Shown in pieces: positions 50,757-56,307 of a stretch of DNA of 56,307 bases (position 1 is its first letter; the number at the start of each line of letters is the position of its first letter). This stretch comes from Vicugna vicugna (taxonomy: Eukaryota). Location of the stretch: assembly GCA_013265495.1 (NCBI GenBank), contig MU058718.1, positions 4,609,648 through 4,665,954 on the forward strand, in the 5' to 3' direction. A model generated the notes under the pieces. It had not been told where the DNA came from. It was given only the letters and a program-made list of their open reading frames with translations, and made no database searches. The position numbers and the translations under genes are program-made.

Positions 50757-52030
50757 TATGATGGTTTCTGGATTGGGTTCCCTAGGAACAGAACTGGAGA
50801 TGAGGCCTTAGGAAATCAAATGACCTATTGGGGGGAAGGTGCTCCTTATAAAAAGGGAGGGACAAAAGTAGAATAAGGCAGGGGAAAAAAAGATTAGCAA
50901 GAATGTCACCTCAGCTATAAACCAGCTCACTCTGAACCCACAAGGAAGCCCTGGAGTGTAAGCAGTATTGTAGAGTTGACCCCATCTTGAGGTATGTGTT
51001 ATCCAGTCATTGGTCAAGATATGCCTCCTGGTGGTGGTGGGTGAAGCTTCCCGTGCAAAGCAACTCCCATTTGACAGAATGCAATTCTCCTTCAGAAGTG
51101 GGTAGAATTCTCATCACTTAATACGCATAGCCTAGGGATGGGTGTGATGGCTTAAAAAGAGCATTTGGGCAAAGAACCAGTAGCATCCATTCAAGTACAC
51201 ACCTACACACCCTTGTACTGCTCAGATCATTCTGCTCTCACATTAAATTCATGCCATTCAAACACATCTTCAGGATTCAGGACATGATTTCTGGGAAAAC
51301 TTAGAAGAGGAAGTTTAGTGGGATGGACTACAGTCCTCCACTGCTGTAGTTTGTCCCAATGTCATAACTGATATCATAATTTCCCTCCTCTCTCACCCTT
51401 ACCTGACTTCTATTCCCGTTAGTGAATGCTTGATGAATACTTCTGCTGGTCTCCGTGGCTTGCTTGGTGAATCAACCCAACGGCTGAGTCATCCTGTGTA
51501 CTTGGTTGTTTGGTGCCTTTTCTGAGAGGTCTGCGCTTTTGACTCCATGTCCTTATTAGTCTGTGGTTGCTGTAACTTGTCCATTTACAGCTATGACTGG
51601 GCATGGCAATAACTGGATATGTCCACTGGATCGCTTTAATTCTTAACACATTTTTTTCAAGCTCCTGTTGTGTTGCTGTGGTATTGATGATTGTTGCGAT
51701 TTTTCTTTTCTTTGCTGCTGGTCTGTTTTATGAGGATTCCAAAGTGACCAGGAATCAGCTGTAGCTTTCAGTTTAGTGGAACTGTCACTTTTTCCCGTAG
51801 AGCAAGAATTCTACCACTGGAAACCAGGACCTCTTGACCCACAAAGCCTGAAGTTGTGGGGTAGGGAAGAAACACCTTCCCCACATGGGCCACTAGGAGA
51901 GTTTATGAGCTTGGTCTCTTCTGTTTTATCAGTGGGTTCCTGAACCTGTGTATTCTGGCTTTTGAGGCACAATACTACACACTGGCCGTTGGTTTAAGGT
52001 CTGCTGTATTCCCTGCGGGAATGTGGAAGA
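50757..52030 (-). mobile_element. ERV-L remnant: 3' LTR (~50757-51190) plus internal integrase C-terminus and dUTPase pseudogene sequence
   Basis: Minus-strand translation of ~51725-52000: TLNQRP..ARIH.FRN...LPYPTTSGFVGQEVLVSSGRIL...VPLN*KLQLIPGHFGIL, resembling ERV-L LNQRP..ARIHG..GLEVLVP.GG..IPLNWKL.LPPGHFGLL. Confidence 0.75.
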
Positions 52031-52545
52031 GGCACCTCCGGTTACTCATACGCAAAGCATTGTCCACCGGAGGGTCTTTGAACCTGCTTCTGCCTGCGGT
52101 GTCTTTTCCTGCAGCCTTTGCTGGGCTAGCTCCATCCTATCCTTAAGACCTCAGCCTTCCACGATGCTGATCAAAAGTGGACTTGCCACCCGCCTCCTCC
52201 TGCTTGCTAGGCTCTCTCTCAGCCCCTTACTGCCTCCTTTGTGTCTCCATTCATCCTTATTTGTCTGTTAACTTATTTTTCATTCATCTCCCCCAATAGA
52301 ATCTGAGCCTCACTTCAAATTTATCATTTACTATTTGTTGAATGTGAACTTGAACAATTTTACTTTTTTTGTGTACCTTCCTTTACTCCTCAGTGAAATG
52401 CTAGATTAAATGCTGAACTCTTTGCACTACTGTACATAGATACTTGCTACAATTCATTCATAACAGCTCATGCTTTAAACAATCCACAGTTAAGTGTCTT
52501 CTAAAAAGAGTTGAAATAAAACTCAAGCAATTTAAAGAGTTGTTA

Positions 52546-52589
52546 ATTGACTATACTTCAATAAAAAAATAAGAATAAAAAAGAAATAA
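52546..52589 (+). mobile_element. Extremely truncated L1 (last ~17 nt plus A-rich tail)
   Basis: 'attgactatacttcaat' is the L1 3' terminus; 12-bp TSD aaagagttgtta (52534-52545 and 52590-52601) at a TTT/AAAG site. Confidence 0.75.
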
Positions 52590-52639
52590 AAAGAGTTGTT
52601 AGAAGGAATAAATTTCATATGTCGTCGACAATGTATACA

Positions 52640-53160
52640 TGTGTGCATTAGAATTGGGTTTGGCTGGCAGTGACAGTAAACCCCAAACAGTGGTTTAAAC
52701 AAGATAGAAATTTACTTAATTTTTATATTAAAGTCTAAAGGCAAGTGGTTCAAGGCCTGTGCTGTATGGTTTCAGACACCCAGGCTTCGCACATCTTGTT
52801 TCTCTGCACAGTATTTGTGTTATGCATCTGCATTAAGATGCCCCTTTTAAGGCCATCTCCTGCTCTGAGACAGTGCTCCTGTTCCAGCCGTGACTTTTGC
52901 CCTCTGGCCAGCCGGAAGGAGGAAGGGAAAGGGGTAGATTGTGCCTCCTTCTTTGAAGAACAGTTCCTGGAATTTTCCTCTAATATTCTCCTCTACATCT
53001 TATTTCTGACTCTGTCATCTTGGTACACTTATCTTCAACAGTGGCTGGGAAATCTGGTCCTTATTTCAGGCTGTCTGTTAATCAATTAAAACTAAGGGGT
53101 TCTGTTAGCAGGAAAGAGTGTCAAACGGTTGTTGAGGGACAACTAGTGGTATTTGCCATG
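52640..53160 (-). mobile_element. Old MLT1 (J/K-like) LTR, native context of the triplicated segment
   Basis: 'ggctggcagtgacag.aaaccccaaacagtggtttaaacaagatagaaattta...ggctgggaaat...aaaactaaggggttctgtta..ggaaag'. Confidence 0.7.
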
Positions 53161-53666
53161 ATGCATGCCTACAAGTCCTTTTTTAAATAGTTTGTGTGTG
53201 TGTGTGTGTTGGGGGGGAGGTAAGTAGGTTTGTTTATTTATTTACTTATTTTTAACCCAGGATCTCATGCATGCTAAGCATGTACTCTACTATTGAGCTA
53301 TACCCTTCCCAATGTCCTTTATTTTGTATGCAACGAGTTTTGGATACATTGGAAATTCTTTCTGGTTACTCTGCTACATAAAAGTAAATTTCGTAAGAAC
53401 ACTGACATTTCCATATGTGCTGTTTGGTCTTGTTTTCCCACATTTCCTGGTTTGTGATTTTATTTTCCAGCCTGTTTTACATGTGTTTGACAATACACTG
53501 TAGTTGTGTTATCCGTCAGAGTCTGGTTGAACCATTTTTAGTCTTGGCACTTAACATTGCAGAAAAAATTGTTTTTCTGCAAATTCGCAAGGTTAGGAAT
53601 GCTAATCAGGGCAGGCTTACATTTCCTTCATTCCAATGGTTTTGTTTTCATTACAAAAACCATATT
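52927..53666 (+). repeat. Copy B (probable donor) of the triplicated segment, including a Vic-1-like SINE at ~53181-53310 (minus strand)
   Basis: Matches 49931-50274 and 55711-56307; continuous with the MLT1 upstream. Confidence 0.95.
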
Positions 53667-54844
53667 ACTACTTCGATTTTTCTATTACAAACTCCAGAGT
53701 TGCTATGTTACCTCAAACTCACTCTTCTCATGTTATTAAAATAAGGACGAAAATAACTTAGTTTAATTGTATTTCTCTGTAATTTGTCTTTATTGTAGCA
53801 AGTTAACTGGCTTCTAGTGGTGCATTTCAGCATCACTGGGAAGATTTAAACAGTCTGAAGTAATCACAGTGTGCCTTTGTAAGGAGTAATGAATAATATC
53901 TTGGTTATTGAGAGCAGCTTCTACTTTTCATAATGGTAATGTCAGGTGGAGAGTAATTCCTAACTCAAGGTACTTGACTCCCTAAGGGGTGTACCCTAGG
54001 AAATCTCCAAACTGCGGAGTTTGTAAAAGCATATTTCCTGGAGTACAGTTCCTCAGATGTCTGTATGGGGAACCCTATTTTAAAAATACAAACAATGAAC
54101 CGTAAAACACAACAAAAATGGTTTTTTGTTTGTTTGTTTGTTTGTTTTGGTTGGTGAGGATACTGGGGAGATTGCATCTTTTTTTTTCTTCTTAGTGATT
54201 CTCACTTAGAAGCTGGAGATTTTACAGTATGTAAAAGAGGAATGACCTAGGGGGTTAAGGAGGGACTGAAGTAGTCTGATTATCTTGGTGTTGATTTAAA
54301 AAGTTACTCACCCCTGTTAGAGTTTTTCTGTACTATCCAAAATCCAAATGTTTTTTTTTTGAATTTTTTGTCTTCCCTCCGCTTTCTAGGGTGACCTTCT
54401 TGGCGGCTGCCTGCTTCTGTGTTCTTAGCTTTTGGAACTGACAGCGGTAAATGTGTGCGTTACTTCCCCTCTGTGGAAGTGGGCTCACCTCTGTGAACAG
54501 CTTTCCTTGGGATAGTTGTTTCCAAAACATATCTTTCATGCCGTCTTCATGATTTTCCTCTCATGTGTACTGTTAGTTACTAGTTTTTCTTTAAACATAC
54601 TCCCTTTAAAAAAAACTTGAAATGCATTGAAAAAAGAAATGTTACATTATTACTGCAAGTAAAAGTCAGTTTCAATTGTCACATGAAGAAAACTGTAGCA
54701 GTAAAAAATGAAAAAAAACCTACACACTGTCATTAAATAAAGAGCAAAGAAAAGCAATACTATCAAGTTATAAGTCTAAGTGATTTATAAAATGCATACC
54801 TAAAAGTAAGTACCTTGAGGAGAAGAATGAATTTTTTTCTCATT

Positions 54845-55307
54845 CTTTTTTATTCGAGTATAGTCAGTTTACAATATTGTGCCAATTTCTGGTGCACAGC
54901 ATAATGTTTCAGTTATACATATACATACATATCTTCGTTTTCATATTCTTTTTCATTATAGGTTATTACAAGATATTGAATATAGTTCCCTGTGCTGTAC
55001 AGTAGGACCTTGTTGTATATCTATTTTATATATAGTAGTTAGTATCTGAAAATCTCAAACTCCTAATTTATCCTTTTCCACTCCCTTTCCCCCAGTAACC
55101 ATAAGTTTCTTTTCTATGTCTGTGAGTCTGTTTCTGTTTTGTAAATAAATTCATTTGTGTCCTTTTTTTTTTTAGATTCCACATATAAGCAATATCATAT
55201 GGTATTTTTCTTTCTCTTTCTGCTTTTCTTCACTTAGAATGATGATTTTCAGGTCCATCCATGTTGCTGCAAATGATATTGTTTTATTCTTTTTTATGAC
55301 TGAGTAG
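54845..55307 (-). mobile_element. Young L1 3' end
   Basis: ORF 55172-55426 contains YSVIKKNK..SFAATWMDL.IIILSE..QKEKEKYHMI. Confidence 0.9.
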
Positions 55308-55710
55308 TAGAATGGAAGTTTTTTTTTAATAGTCAGTAACAAGTAGATAGTAGGTTTAATGTCATCTAATTTAAAACAAAGTTGAAGTTCAACTTCAATA
55401 GTATCATGGTTTGATTTTGGTGTCACTTAGCACAGAGAGTGTCACTCACAGGTGTATATGGCCAGAAAGAGCCAAGGGTAATTTGTTGCATTTTCTAATG
55501 AAATTATGCATGCTTGTACATATGAGAGCTCAGTGATGAGTGTGGAAACATGGTTATGTGAGGATCCTTCGTAGAAACACAGGCCATCATTGTTCGTAAT
55601 GCTCCCAAGTGGTTAAGAAAGCCAGTTACTCAAGGTGAGAGTGGTCATGCCCGTGCCAGGGCACAGTGCCTTGTTCAGTCTAAATAAAATGGTTACTGTG
55701 GTTGCAACAA

Positions 55711-56307
55711 AATTTTCCTCTAATATTCTCCTCTACATCTTATTTCTGACTCTGTCATCTTGGTACACTTATCTTCAACAGTGGCTGGGAAATCTGGTCC
55801 TTATTTCAGGCTGTCTGTTAATCAATTAAAACTAAGGGGTTCTGTTAGCAGGAAAGAGTGTCAAACGGTTGTTGAGGGACAACTAGTGGTATTTGCCATG
55901 ATGCATGCCTACAATGATCTTTTTAGCAATGTCCTTTTTTAAAATAGTTTGTGTGTGTGTGTGTGTTGGGGGGGAGGTAAGTAGGTTTGTTTATTTATTT
56001 ACTTATTTTTAACCCAGGATCTCATGCATGCTAAGCATGTACTCTACTATTGAGCTATACCCTTCCCAATGTCCTTTATTTTGTATGCAACGAGTTTTGG
56101 ATACATTGGAAATTCTTTCTGGTTACTCTGCTACATAAAAGTAAATTTCGTAAGAACACTGACATTTCCATATGTGCTATAGTCTTGGCACATTGCAGAA
56201 AAAATTGTTTTTCTGCAAATTCGCAAGGTTAGGAATGCTAATCAGGGCAGGCTTACATTTCCTTCATTCCAATGGTTTTGTTTTCATTACAAAAACCATA
56301 CCATATT
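55711..56307 (+). repeat. Copy C of the triplicated segment (runs to the window end), including a SINE at 55938-56066 with TSD caatgtccttt
   Basis: Matches 52971-53666 except for a 117-bp deletion, a 5-bp deletion, a 5-bp duplication and 16 bp that B lacks. Confidence 0.95.

Noticed and set aside
49896..55942. Repeated hydrophobic peptides ([17 protein letters not shown]...) suggesting a small gene family
   Set aside because: They are translations of the duplicated MLT1 segment, each with a different start
1..56307. CRISPR array, operon or other prokaryotic or viral gene system
   Set aside because: The sequence is CpG-depleted mammalian DNA with no regularly spaced repeat-spacer array and no gene-dense block

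Overview
This is mammalian genomic DNA, most likely from a camelid (alpaca, llama or camel). It carries tRNA-derived SINEs resembling camelid Vic-1 and laurasiatherian-type L1 3' ends. I saw no Alu, Bov-A/BovB, PRE-1 or Can-SINE. The window is a repeat-rich non-coding region with young L1 fragments, ERV1-type solo LTRs, MLT1 LTRs, an ERV-L remnant, MER20/MER63/MER5/mariner-type fossils, MIR and L2. No protein-coding gene can be called with confidence: the ORFs are chance-length or derived from L1 ORF2. Most LTRs and young L1s lie on the minus strand, which suggests an intron of a plus-strand gene. Three structures stand out. (1) A polyadenylated ERV-LTR fragment retroposed with a 16-bp L1-type target-site duplication (1371-1639), a candidate SINE-R-like element. 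(2) A cluster of local rearrangements at 48.9-56.3 kb: a ~285-bp tandem duplication and a three-copy segment, one copy of which is inserted into an L1. (3) An isolated L1 5'UTR carrying CTCF-like motifs and a nested LTR. I found no evidence for a novel multi-gene system. Repeat family names come from recognition by eye, and boundaries of old repeats are approximate.
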